From NCBI RefSeq assembly GCF_018350175.1, contig NC_058368.1, positions 201,254,001 through 201,318,000 on the forward strand: DNA of 64,000 bases, in the 5' to 3' direction. A model generated the notes under the pieces. It was not told the DNA's origin. It was given only the letters and a program-made list of their open reading frames with translations, and searched no databases. Made by a program: the position numbers and the translations under genes. The stretch is from Felis catus (Eukaryota). Of this stretch, positions 10,792-24,399 are shown in pieces. Numbering within the stretch: the first letter of the stretch is position 1; every line of letters begins with the position of its first letter.

Positions 10792-13659
10792 TCTTGGTCC
10801 TTGTTCTTGCGAGGCGTTTTATACACTTGCCTCCTGCAATCTGTAAACAAATGTTGCTTCATATCCAGGTCACCTGGTGAATCAGAGGGAATGGGAACAG
10901 GCATTGCTGTCTCTTGAGAAGGCACCATGATGAAGCAAGTGATTCTTAGCACCTTCCACATCTTATGGTATTGTTGCCAGGATGCTTGAGAAGATATCCT
11001 GCCAAACTCTGAACTCTGTGAGAGTCATTGGGATGCCCATGCCGGTTCTGAGTTCACATGCCCAACCAGGTGATCTGGACTATCACACAGTAAGGCACAT
11101 TCTCTTAGCCTTGGTTTGTCCATTCTAGGTTTGTTCCCTATTCCTGTTTGGCCATTAAGGTACCCTCATTGCTCTCAGTTGATGCCTCTGGTGGGTTGTG
11201 GCAGCCCCACATCAGCTGAAGTTTGGTTGGTTTTCAAACACCAACCCAGAATAAGTGTTTTGACGATACCTGCTTCAGATTTCCTAAAGTCATGCATGGA
11301 AGGCCTACTCACAGAGAAAGTAAAGTGGAAGTCTAAGTTGCGAGAGATACATGAGGCAAATCTAATTTTCCTATTCCATTACCTTCAATGCATACGTCTA
11401 GGCCTCTAACATTAAAGACTATATTTTCACATGACAAGGTTGATGTGAATAAAATAATTGATATGAAAATAACTCATAAATACCAAGTAGATTGATTTTA
11501 TAGGCATCGTAGTGACAGCAGTAGTGATAGCATTACCATCATCATCATCATCATTACTATAGTTATTATCAATGGTGGTAGTGATTGTAGTCGCGTTAGG
11601 AAGGATATAGTAGGTCTGTTTCTGTTCAAATGGCAAAAAACTTCAGAATGGGAAGTACACTTAGAATTTAGCTGCTAGTTAAGAATTTGCTGATAGTTAC
11701 ATTTTTTCTAGCCACATAGAAATATATAGCTTTATTTTTTCTTAGCAATGCCAGGCAAGTTTCAGATATATAGACATACATACATATATGTACATATATA
11801 TGTATGTATGTATATATGTGCGTATATGTACACATCACATATATGTGTCTGTCTAAATGTATGTATATAATATGCCAATAGATACTAATATGAGCACATA
11901 TTCATTAATGCTGTGCATAGATTTTGTAAGTACTATCCATGATGTAATGTGTTATATAATAATCCAACATTATAACTTAGACTGCACACACATTATAATA
12001 TAGTACATATCAACTTAAAGAGAAGCTAATACCTCATACCAAAGACAGACCAATTATCATGTATATTGATTAGAGTCCCATCTTAGTTCTGTTACAAAGT
12101 ATAAATTATTTATTACAATACTGTATAAAAATGTTAAATTGACCTTGGAAATGCAAGTGTTCACACCTACGTATGTACTTTAAGCACATTAGATTTTACT
12201 AACAAGCAGCCTTAAGTCTAATGAAGGCAGCTCAGTGTAGTTCATACAAGTGTTTAATTCATACAACATGAGCATAAATCTTTTCTGTTCTTAATATGCT
12301 TTAGAGAAAGGAACCTATTTTATAGCTAAAAGCAAGTGCTAAAATTATAATCTTAATGTGCATATTTAATTAGTTTTGTATTTTTATAATCCTTTGATTT
12401 GAGGCATTTTTAAAATATGCATTATCTAGAGAGTGAAGCCTGTTCTTGTATCTTTGTTTCAGTGAGAATATAGAACTGACACTATTGTGTCTCTGTATCT
12501 AAGACTCTTTGTGGTATTTCTAGGAGCAGTAATGTGTATTGAGCCATCCCTAGTCCTCTGTGCTTTGTGACATTTACTCATGAGTAAAGTGAGAAGAGGT
12601 AGAACCTATAGCAAAATGGTAACCAAAACCAATTTTAATTGATGTGAAAAATCTCAAGCCCACTTGGTGGGGAACTTTAGCTTTATTTCCCACAAACTTT
12701 CATCATCTGCCTGTAGCAGAAATTATTCTGTAGGGTTTGGTTGTTTGCAAGATGGAGAAAGAACTTCAAGATTTGCATGAAGTACAGTTATTTAACCAAT
12801 TTGAGGGCACTGGTGGAGGGTTTTAAAAATTATTCCATTTTATTGCTTTACCTTATTTATCTAATTCAGTGAAGTGTGAATGTATGTGATTTACATTCAG
12901 AGGAAAGTTCCTTCTATTAGCAACTTTAACCCAGCTCTTACTTGGTCATAATTAAGTTGATCTATCTATACACACAGTATAAAAGAGCCAGCTGTAAAGT
13001 GATAAGTACATTTTGGTTATCAGTCATTTGGATATTTATTTTCCATATTATAGCAAAGCTCCGGAAGATTGACTAAGTATTTTTGATCAGTCCAGATATT
13101 TGGCATTTCCTTGATATAGTTTGTAAAAACAACCATGGTAATAGGTTTGATAGACTATAAATAAAACAAATGTGCTCCTAATGGGCACACACACTTTTAA
13201 AATTAAATTCTACTTACCATTTATTTATTCCTGTAATGATCTGTTATATCTAATTGACCTTCAATGCTGCAGTGAATTGTATTACCTTATGAAAAATGTC
13301 TATTCTTCTGTCTGCCTTTGCTAATTAGTTTTAAAAGTGCCTAGAACACATTTTTCTCTCTTTGAAGGTATTTTTGTAACATTTTTTGTAAATGTTATTT
13401 TGTATATGCAAATATGAATAGCTGCTATAAATGTGTGTTGTTGTTGTTTTAATGGGTGCGGATTTTGTTTCTCTGTAGTGGGGACAGATGTTATAATTCA
13501 AAAAGAAAGATGAACAAATTGAAATTGTAATTACTGATAGACTATTGGCCTGCCAAACTCTCTTATGCTTGGGATTCCTTCAGAGCACCTCAAGGACAAT
13601 TTAATACTCCATTAATTGAACTTTCAATGAATAGTTATGAAACAGATACTTTGTGCTGA

Positions 13660-14055
13660 ATCGGACAGTGCATCTGGCAGCAAAAAGATGGTGTACTCAA
13701 AAGGTTTAACGAGAGTTATTAATGAAGGGACTGTTTAGGGAAGTGTGGTCAGGGTTAAGGAAACCAACAGGGTAGTAAAACATTTAGGACTAGCAACATG
13801 GGGAGTTGTTATCATCCCTGAGCCTTGGATCCTGGAAGCTTTGAAAGGTAGGATGCCTGTGGCCAAAACAGCAGTGATTGGCTGGTCGTGTAGGGATAAA
13901 TACTCTGGCCTCTCTCTTCCAGGCTTCCCATTGCCAGCCACTACTTCCCATTCATTGATCTCAGCTAGAAGCCAAAAGTTAGCCTTTTGTGGCACAGATC
14001 AAGATGGAGAAGACAGAAAATGGATCTGGGGAGCCAGAGAGAAACAATTAGTACA
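13660..14055 (-). mobile_element. ERV-L class LTR (LTR41-like)
   Basis: agatggtgtactcaaaagg...taatgaagggactgtttag...cagggttaaggaaaccaacaggg...actagcaaca matches my recollection of LTR41. Confidence 0.7.
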
Positions 14056-14060
14056 GACCC

Positions 14061-14534
14061 TATATTAGTATTTTTTAAAAATTTCTGTTGTAACAAATTA
14101 CCACAAATTTAGTGGCTTACTATAACACAAATATATTATCTTACAGTTCTGAAAGTCAAAAGTCCTAAACTAAAGGTGTCTACAGGGCTGCATTCCTTCT
14201 GGAGGCTCTAGGGGAAAGTTAGTTTCCTTGCCTTTTCCAGTTCTAGAGTCTGTGGGCATTCCTAGAGACTCCCTATCCCTTCCTCTAATCACTCCAGCCT
14301 CTGCTCCCATCATCTCAACAGTTTCTCTCCCTCTGACCCTCTTGCCTCCCTCTCCTAAGGATCCTTGTGGTTACATTGAGCCCACCAGAGTAATCCAGGA
14401 TAATCTCTTCATTTCAAAATCCTTAACTTAATCCTATCAGCTAAATCCCTTTTGCAAAAGAAGGTAAGGTATTCATAGGATAGGACACAGACATGGACAT
14501 CTTTAAGGAGCCCTTTTTCTGTCTGCAGACCACA
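14061..14534 (-). mobile_element. MaLR LTR (MLT1C/D-like), near full length
   Basis: gtaacaaattaccacaaatttagtggctta, cttacagttctg, cagggctgcattccttctggaggctctagggg, taatccaggataatctc, acatggacatcttt. Confidence 0.92.
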
Positions 14535-15004
14535 GACCCCCACAAGCTATTAATGTGAAAGAAATTGATGTCTCTGCTATAGGCAGGTTAAAACTAGAAA
14601 ATGTGTTTAACATTTTATAACTAATAATGAATTACTTTTTAAAATTTGAAACGTATTTCTTTTTTGACGAATGCAGAAAATGTCGAACTACTATTCTGTT
14701 TAATGTTAACATGGTTGTATATATTTAGGGCTTTATGTTTTGAATATCTTCTAAATTTCAACTTCTGAAGTCACCTTCTCCATCTCTCATGGCATGAATA
14801 CTTTCACATTTTTTATTCAAAAGAAACTGACTTGGAAAAATAATAATCAGTAAGGTTTATTGGGTTATGATTTTCTAGCTATTTTCATATTACTTTCACG
14901 ACATCCCTGTAAGAAAGATATTATTATTAACTGTATTTTAGAGATGATGAAACAGATACGTAGATTAAGTAATATGTCTCTGGTAATAGAACTAATAAGT
15001 GGAT

Positions 15005-15445
15005 ATGTTGGATATCATTTTCCATTTGCTTCCCTAGATCAATTTTCCACTCTGCTCTGTTTTGGGGCATCATCCAGGCTGTCTTTTCCCCTGGCTTCTG
15101 ATTGGCTTCAATGAAAGGGACAGCTCAGCAAGCTTGATAGTGAAAGAAGAGAGAAATGGTGTTACTTTTCATTACTCTACACTCCCTCTCCCCTCCTGCC
15201 TTGCTGCATAGAGGGCTTGCTTTCCTATGTAGCTATAGTTTCTATTGGGTATTCTTTTCATTCTTAACCAAATTCTGGGAATACCATTTCTTGAGTTCTT
15301 GGGAGTAGTAATGGCTCTCATTTTTGCTGGTCCTGGGGTTCATCACCATCCCTTATGGTTTCTTTCAACTTTCCCACACCTCTGTAAATAATCCCTTCAT
15401 TATTTTCATTTAAACTCCTCTGAATGTGCCATCTTTTTCTCTCCT
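15005..15445 (+). mobile_element. ERV-L class LTR (LTR33-like)
   Basis: cctggcttctgattggcttc, cccacacctctgtaaataatcccttcatta, tgaatgtgccatct. Confidence 0.65.
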
Positions 15446-16439
15446 TTTGTAAATTAACTGCAGTTTGATTACAAGGATATTTGAATTACAAGCTAAGTTC
15501 TTAATCATTTCAATATATTGACTTTAACAAAAACACATCTCCCAAGCAAATGGATTTACAACTTGAGGTGAATTCGTTGCATTTAGTCAACTATTTATAT
15601 ACTGGCTTGTAATTGCTAATATTTTTTAAAAAATGACGAATTCACTAAATTAAGCCAGTTTAGTAATTTTCAGATATGGACATAGCACACCTTATGTTGG
15701 GTATAATGAATATACTCTGTAATAAATCTACCTGTAAATATAAAGCCAGTTCACCTTCGTTATTATTCTGCCATCAGTGAGCATTGTTTATAGTATCTTA
15801 TTTGTCATGCTCAGATTTTATGCTTTGCAGTGAGTTTGAGTTCAATTCATTAAAATGGGAAACTCATCAAATTCTCCTTCAGAGAAAGGAACTCTTACCC
15901 TTGCAATATACAATACATTTCTGTTCTTTTACAGATTTCTTTTCACTACTTCCTAAGTGATGGTGATGTCTGTTTCCTTGACAACTAGGTAGGGTGAGTG
16001 CTGCAATGATACTGAGTGCATGTCAGATGTATTCATAAAGTGAGTTGTAGTTGTTCAGAGGAAATATATCAGAACAACCTTGTGTTCTTTTGTGAGCAAA
16101 GATGCTAATGAAGGAGCTTCTCATTGACAGTGATTTCCATGGAGCAGAGGGATAGGCACACATGATACTCAAAACCCACCTATCACATTTTTGCATTTGT
16201 TTACTTGTACTGTTCACTTTTCCCCATTTATTCTTAAGCCACGCATACTGACCAACTAGTTTATAACTTGAAAGCTAAACAGACCCCTCATCTATGTTTT
16301 TTACGACTGTGGGCTACAGTTAGGGGATAGCATTCTGGTCTCTGGTGGTCTTTGCACCTAGCATGTGTGGTTCAAAATGCGTTATGACAGTATAATAGTC
16401 ATTCTGGGGTCCACCAGTAGATCGATTGAAGTCTTTCTT

Positions 16440-16661
16440 TTTAAAAATTTTTTTTCAACTTTTTTAATTTATTTTTGGGACAGAGAGAGACAGAGCATGA
16501 ACGGGGGAGGGGCAGAGAGAGAGGGAAACACAGAATCGGAAACAGGCTCCAGGCTCCGAGCCATCAGCCCAGAGCCCGACGCGGGGCTCCAACTCCCGGA
16601 CCACGAGATCGTGACCTGGCTGAAGTCGGACGCTTAACCGACTGCGCCACCCAGGCGCCCC
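16440..16661 (-). mobile_element. Young CanSINE (SINEC_Fc) with 16-bp TSD
   Basis: CpG-rich, near-consensus body; TSD gattgaa(g/t)tctttctt at 16424-16439 and 16662-16677. Confidence 0.98.
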
Positions 16662-17334
16662 GATTGAATTCTTTCTTAACAATTGTTCCTGCAAGTCTAA
16701 ATTACAATATCTATATTCATAAACCTGTAATGTAAGAGGATCCTAAAATGACTTTTGACTCATTTAAAAAAGGTATTATTAGATTATTTTCATAGTCATC
16801 TGGATATTAAATGTATATTGATATATTTGAATCATTTGAAAATTGCTCATTCAAACATAGTACTTATGGAATCTCTATTAAGGAGAATATGATTAATCAA
16901 CACATTCCTTTTCCTGATCAGACAGATAATAGAGAGTTTGCTCTCCTTGAGGAATGGTCTTCCTGAAACTAAAACCTGGGATACATTTGTTAAAAATTAA
17001 ACTTTATATATCATGTAATCTTTGTCTATGATTATGGATTATAGACATTAAGGCTTTACAACTTCAGTTCTCTTCAGTGTTAAGATATTTTCCCAACAAT
17101 TAAGGGTGTTTAAAAATATATATATCTATATTCCTATCGGGTAGAAATGAGAACCAGTCCAGAGAGCTTATACTTTTCCATCAACTGAACACATTGATGA
17201 TATAACTAAATACTCATGAGAGAATTGGAATTTCTTTTATACAGACCATGAAGGTTATGTCTGTTCTAGACATTAACAGAAGTTTATATAATCCACAAAA
17301 AATATCTGATCCACTTACTGTTAGTAGAGGCCAC

Positions 17335-19305
17335 TGATTGCGTGCCCAAGGAAGCAAACTTTAAAGTGGAAGATTAGTATGCAGGAAGTTTGTTCTTAGA
17401 AAAGAATGGAAGCAGGGTTTGGAAGAGGGGAAAGTTGTGCGGTGATGCAAATGTAACAAAGGTCTCAGCCAACCTCGTGAGCTGCTTTGGAGCTGGGCTC
17501 TTCTCGGCTGTCCCAAGTTAAGGTGAGGAGGCCTAGCCCTTATAACTCTGTATTTACCAGTCATTAGATATGGACTGCTCTGAGAGGCAACACGGCTCTC
17601 TTAAGCTGGTGGTAATTCTAAGATGAGAACAGATCTGAGAGCCTTCAATCAACTTCATAGCAGCTGAAAAATCATTTCTTCCATTTTGAAGATGGATTTA
17701 AGAAGGACATCACAGCATCCATGACAGTCCAACCCTTGAGCTACCCGTTTCCACAGAAACTCATTCAGGACTCTGGTGGGCTCTCTTCCTTAGGAGAACA
17801 GATAAGAGAAAGTTGATCTGCAGCTGCAGCAGGTCTTGAGGCTCCAATGGATACTTAGCATCTCCCCCCTTTACTGTCTATTCTAGATTGCCTTATCCTT
17901 AGTGAGCAACTCTGCTGGTTTGGATGGCCTATCTGGTGGGGATGATCAAGCCCTCATCCCTAAGAGGTCCAAGCTTCTGGTTATCATGCTCTTTTGAGGT
18001 TGCTATCCATATCCATGAGACATTCCACACAACAGCCTGAGTGCCACACATATTCATTCCCTCTAGTCCATATTTTGTAATAGCAGCCCTACCCGTTCTT
18101 GATGAGGTGAGTTAATTATTCCTGCCTGGATGACAGTTTCTCTTCTTGCCTGCTGGTACCTTGGAATGAGGAACCTGGAGTGTCTAGGCAACAGCTGTAG
18201 TTGAAAATTCATTGTGACTTTTTTGTGTTCCTTGGTGACAGAGTTGCAGATTTTAAGAAGCACAAGTTCTCCGAGCGGGTCACTGAAAGCAGTGGCAAGC
18301 AGGGCCTCTGCTACTTCATCATTTGGTTCTCAGACCTATGTATTCTATCTATTGGGGTTGTTGTATTCTATAATAGTCATTTGTTTACTGTGTATACTGT
18401 GTCCTGGAGGATAATACCATCATCCTTGTAGGGTAGTATCTCCAAGCTGTCACCTTAGCTATGCTTTTGATAAGTAATTACATACTCTATGAGGCCATAA
18501 GCCACTGTGTGTGTAATATGTGACAGGACCAGGGGACTTCATGATCATGTACTATCATACCTCCTATGTTGTTACGTGGACCCATACATCTGATGAAAAG
18601 TTATAGGGGATGGTGTGTGAGTGTATCAGACATTCTTTAAGCCCTTGAAGGACGGTGCTAGTTAAAACTCATGGACAATAAAGCCACACTCACACTTGGA
18701 ATACACGCCAGTTACTGACAAGGTATATTAATGCCCCTTACCATGGTAGAAAGGATCAAATATAATAGACTTGCCACCAAATGACTAATTTTTTTCTTCA
18801 AGGGATAGTGTCATTAGGTGTTCACCATTGGTCTTTGTTACTAACAGGTTGGAAATCTGCTATAGCAGTAGCAGTCTCAGCTTTGGTGAGTGAGAACCCA
18901 TGATCTATAGCCCATGCTTAGCCACCATCTCTGCCACCATGGCTACTATATTTTTGTGTCCATTGTGTCAGCCCTGTGGTAGTTAATGATGGATTTGGAT
19001 TAGTGTCAACTAGCTGAATTCTTCTATCTATCTGGTTGTTTAGTGTCTTTTCCATGGTGGGTATTCTCAACATCAACATTTGTGGGAGAAGAGAATGAAG
19101 CAGGACTGAGCTAAATAAGAAGTTGGGCTATGGTACAGTCCCAGTGAGGCCTCAACTGACCCTGTGAAAGGCTTGAAATTTTAATGGCTCTTCAGAGTTG
19201 CTCTGAGTTAGGAAAAGAGAACTTGACTGAATCAACCAGTCACTAGCTGTGGGCTGCCCTGGGAAGGAGGGTATAATTTTGAGCAAGGTGACTCTCTTCA
19301 GCCCC
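17335..19305 (-). mobile_element. Degenerate ERV-L provirus: LTR16-like 3' LTR (17335-17730), internal remnant (17730-19065), partial LTR16-like 5' LTR (19066-19305)
   Basis: Both ends share gaagcagg..., tc(t)ca.c.accc and ccagtca.tag motifs in the same orientation; the internal part translates to ERV-L integrase C-terminus-like and dUTPase-like residues. Confidence 0.8.
18063..18500 (-). pseudogene. ERV-L pol remnant: integrase C-terminus followed by a dUTPase-like domain, with stops and frameshifts
   Basis: ORF 18063-18263 MNFQLQLLPRHSRFLIPRYQQARRETVIQAGIINSPHQERVGLLLQN resembles the ERV-L dUTPase region (recalled as LNWKLRLPPGHFGLL..QQAKKGVTVLAGVIDPDYQ.EI.LLLHN). Upstream reads QLGDTTLQG..ILQDTVYTVN, which is integrase-like. 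Confidence 0.75.
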
Positions 19306-22029
19306 TTTCTCCATCATGATTATATGATGGGGGTTGGGGAACTGAACACAAAGAACTTGAGACTTCAGGAGAATCTCTTTCCACCAAAATTAATCTTCTA
19401 ACCCAAGCATCAAATCAACCTGGGTTATATCCCAATAATTTTTAGGTTTATGAGAATGAAGCCTCATCCACTGAGGATTGAGATCTGACTAAACAGGCCA
19501 GAGGTCTATGCTGTCAGATAGACTACCTTGGGTATCAGGTCCATCTGAAAAGTTCCTAGCCAGTGATAAAAGAACACACCATCCGTTTCCTGCAAGTGGA
19601 GACTGACATACGCGGGGAGCTCTCCCTGGTGCTGCTTAAAAACTTGACAAAAGACTGCCTCCTCTGTTTAATCTTCTTCTGAATCTGCTTATCTGATCTG
19701 TCTGTGGTACATTTTGCTTAAAAGTGATCTATTTTGCCTCCTCACAGTCCCACCAAATCTCTTGGGAACGCCTGTTGCAATTCTGATCTGATCTGATTCT
19801 GAACATGTGCCAAGCTCTACTTGTCACCCAGACCTGCCACCCTATGACCAGTTCCTCGGTCATCAACTCACCCTATATTGTTTTGTCCAGTAGAAACATC
19901 TATTGAAATGCTAAAGTTACATGCATGATTCTTTTGAAATATTCAAATTCATTTGATTAAAATGCAAACTTAGTCAGTAAGGAGATTCAGGATACCAAAG
20001 TGGGAAGATCAAAATGCTTGTTAAACTCTATTAACAGTTGTTCAATATTTTACATAGAAGGAACAAAAGGCGTATAGCAAACTAAGTCACAATTAAGATA
20101 TATGAGGAGACACTCTCTTCCTTCATATGTACACTTTGTTTTTTAATGCCAATCATTACCAATATGGATTTAGTTGCCTAGCTTGCCAAGTGAATATCCG
20201 TTATGCCTGTGTGTCCAGATTGGAGTACGTTTTGAGATCGAAAAGAACCATTTTTCTGAAAACTGTCTTCAAGTTTACTAAACTTCACTGCAGAAATGTT
20301 TAAACATTTGTCCAAACAAATGTTCAAACTCACAAGGATTTTGAAATCCAAATATGCTGTAAGGGCATAACAAAGAGAGGAAGTATGAGCTTCAGAGGAG
20401 AGGTAAGAAAGCAGTAGAGCATATTTGGGACATAGTAAATAGAGTATGGTTGGAACATCAGATATCCAACACACTGGTAGGAAAGAAGGAAAGGAATATA
20501 TAGACACTGAGAAGACTAGTAGCCATCATGCCTAAGACAGTTTAAATCAAGTAAACTGATTAACAAGGGAAGAAATGCAACATTAGCAGTAGCAATGGGG
20601 GAAGAAGAGACAATAGAAGCATAGAGACTAGAATAAGACTTAAAATGGCCTACATATGCAATTTTGAAGGCATAAACTAGGATTTTGTTAGTAGAGATAA
20701 AAAGGAGAGGATAGTTGGGAAAGACATTAAGGAATTATAACTAAGAGCATTTGGTGACTAATTTTAAGTTGGAGTGGATTTTTATGGGAGATTTTTATCA
20801 AAGAAAGCTTAAATTTTTAGCCTCGATGACTGGACACTATATGAGTGTCCACTAATTTAAACAGAAGTATTATGAAGAATTTGTTTTAGAAGTTATGATA
20901 TTTTAAGTGGTTACAGAGCATCAGGTGGGAAAGTGAACCAAGCAGCTGGAAAGATAGGTCTAGCATTGAGGAGTGAGGAAGAGTTGAGAGACTAAGATTG
21001 GATTGTGAGTTATATAGAAATAATAGTCAAATTAAATTAAATGGAAATGAAATAGTTTGATCTACTAGTCTGTTGAATCCATCTGGAACTTGGGATCATG
21101 TGTCTGTAGTTTGAAGGAATTTCCACAAGGTGGTGATGCATTCTTACTAGGTAGTATAGACTTGAGCCTTCAAAATAAAGATTAACAAAAATCCAAAGAG
21201 AGCTATTTTTTTTTTTTGCTCCTTCCTTGGTGGTCTTCTGAAGCTACTATTTGATGTGTTATATGAAAATGTTCTTTACTAATAAAATATAACTATGTGA
21301 TTTATGTTATTATTTCCCAAGCTTTATCAAAAGTGTAAACGTTACTTGAAGTAATAATTAATCCAATCCAATGATAAAAATCTAGGATCACTTAAGTCTA
21401 CCCTAAGTTTCTATGTGAAAATAAAACAATATTTTCTCAAATTCTTGGCATGGTTCATTTTATAATCTCTCTTCTTTTTGCCTTTATGACAGAACACTTA
21501 TTCAGTCTTCTTACTTTCCAGATAAATCTTTCTTTTTCCCACTATCGCATATTTTTTGAATGTAAATAGTATTTTCCTTCTGGGTTTGAAAGCATTGTTC
21601 TACCCACACTTTTAAGAAATTCAAATCCTCTTGACAGCTGCTTAGAGGATCCCACTCACACTTGTTTAGAGGTCCAAATAAAAACATGTTCGCTCTCATG
21701 TGAGTGAGTCATCAATGAATCATATCATTGAATCATATAATATTGCAAACATAACATTGTGTCTCTAGTTATCAGTTATCTGAACTCTTAGCCATATATT
21801 CACTTGAATACTTGCAAAACTTCCTCCACATTCATTACTGAACACACAGTCTAATGTACCAGTAAAAACATTTAAGTTGCATTAAGAGTTTGAATGAGAG
21901 TGTGTAGATTGTTTCAGCCATATCTTAGCTCTTCTAATAGGATTGTTTAAAAGTATTGTGCATTATCGATTGTCTTCTTTACATTATTAAGTGAAAAGGC
22001 CTTTTAAGAAATTAGGCAAGCCTAAAGTC

Positions 22030-23420
22030 CAGAAAAGGCATCCATTGGAAGAAAAATCGTGTTAAATTGAACTGAGAGAGGAGAACTCATGAAAGACATA
22101 AGCCTGGCAATGCACTTGTATTTGTTTACCAGATATGCAATCATTTTCTATATGTGAGAATGTAAAAAAAAAAAAAAGAAAGAAAAATATGAAGTGTTGT
22201 TGGTACTAAAAAACTAGAGAAATAACCATGCATTATATGCTGATAGCCTCAGTCATTGTGTAATGCTGTAGAGAACCATGTTGATAGAGCAGAAAACATT
22301 AAACATCTTCAAAGACTTGAAGAAAAAGGAGAGGAAGAGAGAGAGAGTCACCAAAAGACCTTAGTTTGAGTAAGTTCAGGATCCTTCAACAGATTTTGCA
22401 ACATGACTGTGTAATTTAAAGGTCATAGGTGAAGCAGCTGCTGCTGATACCCTCACTAAATTGCAGGAAAGTATTGATAACATGGTTATTCTGCAAAAGC
22501 GCATGTTCAATATTGATGAACCTGGATATCTTTAGAGATGAATGTCATCATGTAGGTCTATTTCAGATACTAAAAGAAGACAGTGCCACACACCTGAAGC
22601 TTTCAAAGATAGGCTGACATTGCTTTTAGGTGGAAATAAGGTACCGCTAAACTAAAAATGGGTTAGCTTATCATTCCCCAAACCACATGGTCCCTAAAGG
22701 GTCATTGAAGAGTGCTTTGTGAAACAAGCATTTAATGATTATAGGAAGTGTTATCTTTGTGATTATTCATAATGGAATACATGAAGAAGTAAAATCTTGC
22801 AAACAAGCCTGTTTTGATAACAGATAATGTTTCCAGACATTCCTCTCTTATTATTGATTAGGAAAATCCTATCTGAGTAGCCTTTTTTTTTTTCCTGTTG
22901 TGTTTTTAGTTCCTGTAGCTATTGATTGGGAAGATCCTATCTAAGTGGTCTTTTTTTTTTTTTTTTTGCGTCTCAAATGGAATGTGTAGTAGCTGGTGTG
23001 ATATTACTCCATTAACAGATTTATGGAATAGTTTTAACATCAATCAGGTCCTTAAAACCTATCAATCAGGTTTTGGCAAAATGCACCACAACATGTAAAG
23101 AACAAATGTGAAAGACGCTTTGTCTCACAATTTGTCCACTCTTTTCCAAAGTTTTAGGAAATGGCTGATGAAAAGCAAAAAGCCTTAGAGCTTGCAAAAA
23201 GATATTTTGAAGTACATAGTGAAAATGTTAAAAGATTATTAACTTCAAATAGCAAACAACTTACCACCAAGGAATTAATTTAATTTAATGCTCAATATTA
23301 GAAGAAGAAGGAGAAGGAGAAGAGGACCAACAAACACTTGGCATGAGATTTTTTAAATAATTTAATATCAAGTAGACAAAATGGTCTTGTAGGTGATCCT
23401 GATTTGGAGCAATACATGTG
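22030..23420 (+). mobile_element. Decayed Tigger (Tc1/mariner pogo-like) DNA transposon transposase region
   Basis: Motifs in the expected order: GEAAAAD (22428-22448), MFNIDEPG (22503-22526), KDRLTLLLGGN (22605-22637), YHSPN (about 22669), DN..H (about 22822); many frameshifts. Confidence 0.85.
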
Positions 23421-23544
23421 GAACCCAGTCCATCTCTTCTAGTTAAAACTGCAAATGGACATGTGTAGCAACTTTGGCCTGGGAAGAGCTCAGCCCTTTC
23501 AGGAAAGAAGGTTAAGGTTTGAGTTGCACCACCAGATGAATCAC

Positions 23545-24040
23545 TGTGATGACTTTTGTGTCAGTTTGACACAGCCGCAGGTACCCAGATATTTGATCAA
23601 ACATCATTCTGATCATGTTTCTGACTGAGGTTAACATTTGAATAGGCAGACTGAGTAAAGTAGACTGCTGTCCCTAATGTGAGTGGTACTCATCCAATCA
23701 GTTAAAGACCTGAATATTATGAAAAGACTGACCCTACCTCCAGTAGGGTCCATTCCTCCCTGATTGCTTGAACTGGAGCATTGGTCTTTTCCAGCCTTTG
23801 GAGTGACACCAAAACATTGGTTCTCCTGGGGTCTTGAGCCTGATAGCTTTTGGACTGGCACCACTGGATCAACTGGTTCTCATGCCTTCAGGCTCAGACT
23901 GGAAGTATACATCTACACATTGGCTTTCCTGGGTCTCCAGTTTGCTGACTGCAGCCTTTCTGAGCCTCTGTAATCTCCTTGTCAGCCTCCATAATCCCAT
24001 GAGCCAATTCCTCATAATCTCTCTCTTTGTTTATATATAG
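23545..24040 (+). mobile_element. ERV-L LTR (MLT2-like)
   Basis: tgtgatg...tgtgtcagtttgac, cccagatatttgatcaaacatcattctg, agactgagtaaag, catccaatcagtt, gcctccataatcccatgagccaattcct. Confidence 0.92.
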
Positions 24041-24399
24041 CTATCAAGAACTGCCGAGGTGAGACATGAATAGACATAGCAGATAGTAGAGAATGGACAT
24101 GATGAATCCCAGTTGTGACCCTGAGAGCAACTGCACTGATGAGGGCAGTAGTTCATCCCATTGATTCCCTGCTATGAGGAAGAGCCATGGCCAGTTCCTG
24201 GGGAGACTTCTTATTTTAAAGGTTATACAGAGAAAGATAAATCAGCCAAAGAGACTAGGGAGTGGCCATAGAAATCAATGGTGTGTAGTACCATCAGAGC
24301 CAATAAAAGAAAATGTTTTAAGAAGGAAGGTTCTCTCAGGAAGTGAAGTCCATGAGAAGTAGGGGGAAGCTGCTTCCCAAAGATGCATGGAAAAGTGGA

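Noticed and set aside
19310..19800. Possible additional LTR next to the ERV-L remnant
   Set aside because: It has an LTR-like texture, but I could not identify the family or boundaries with any confidence.
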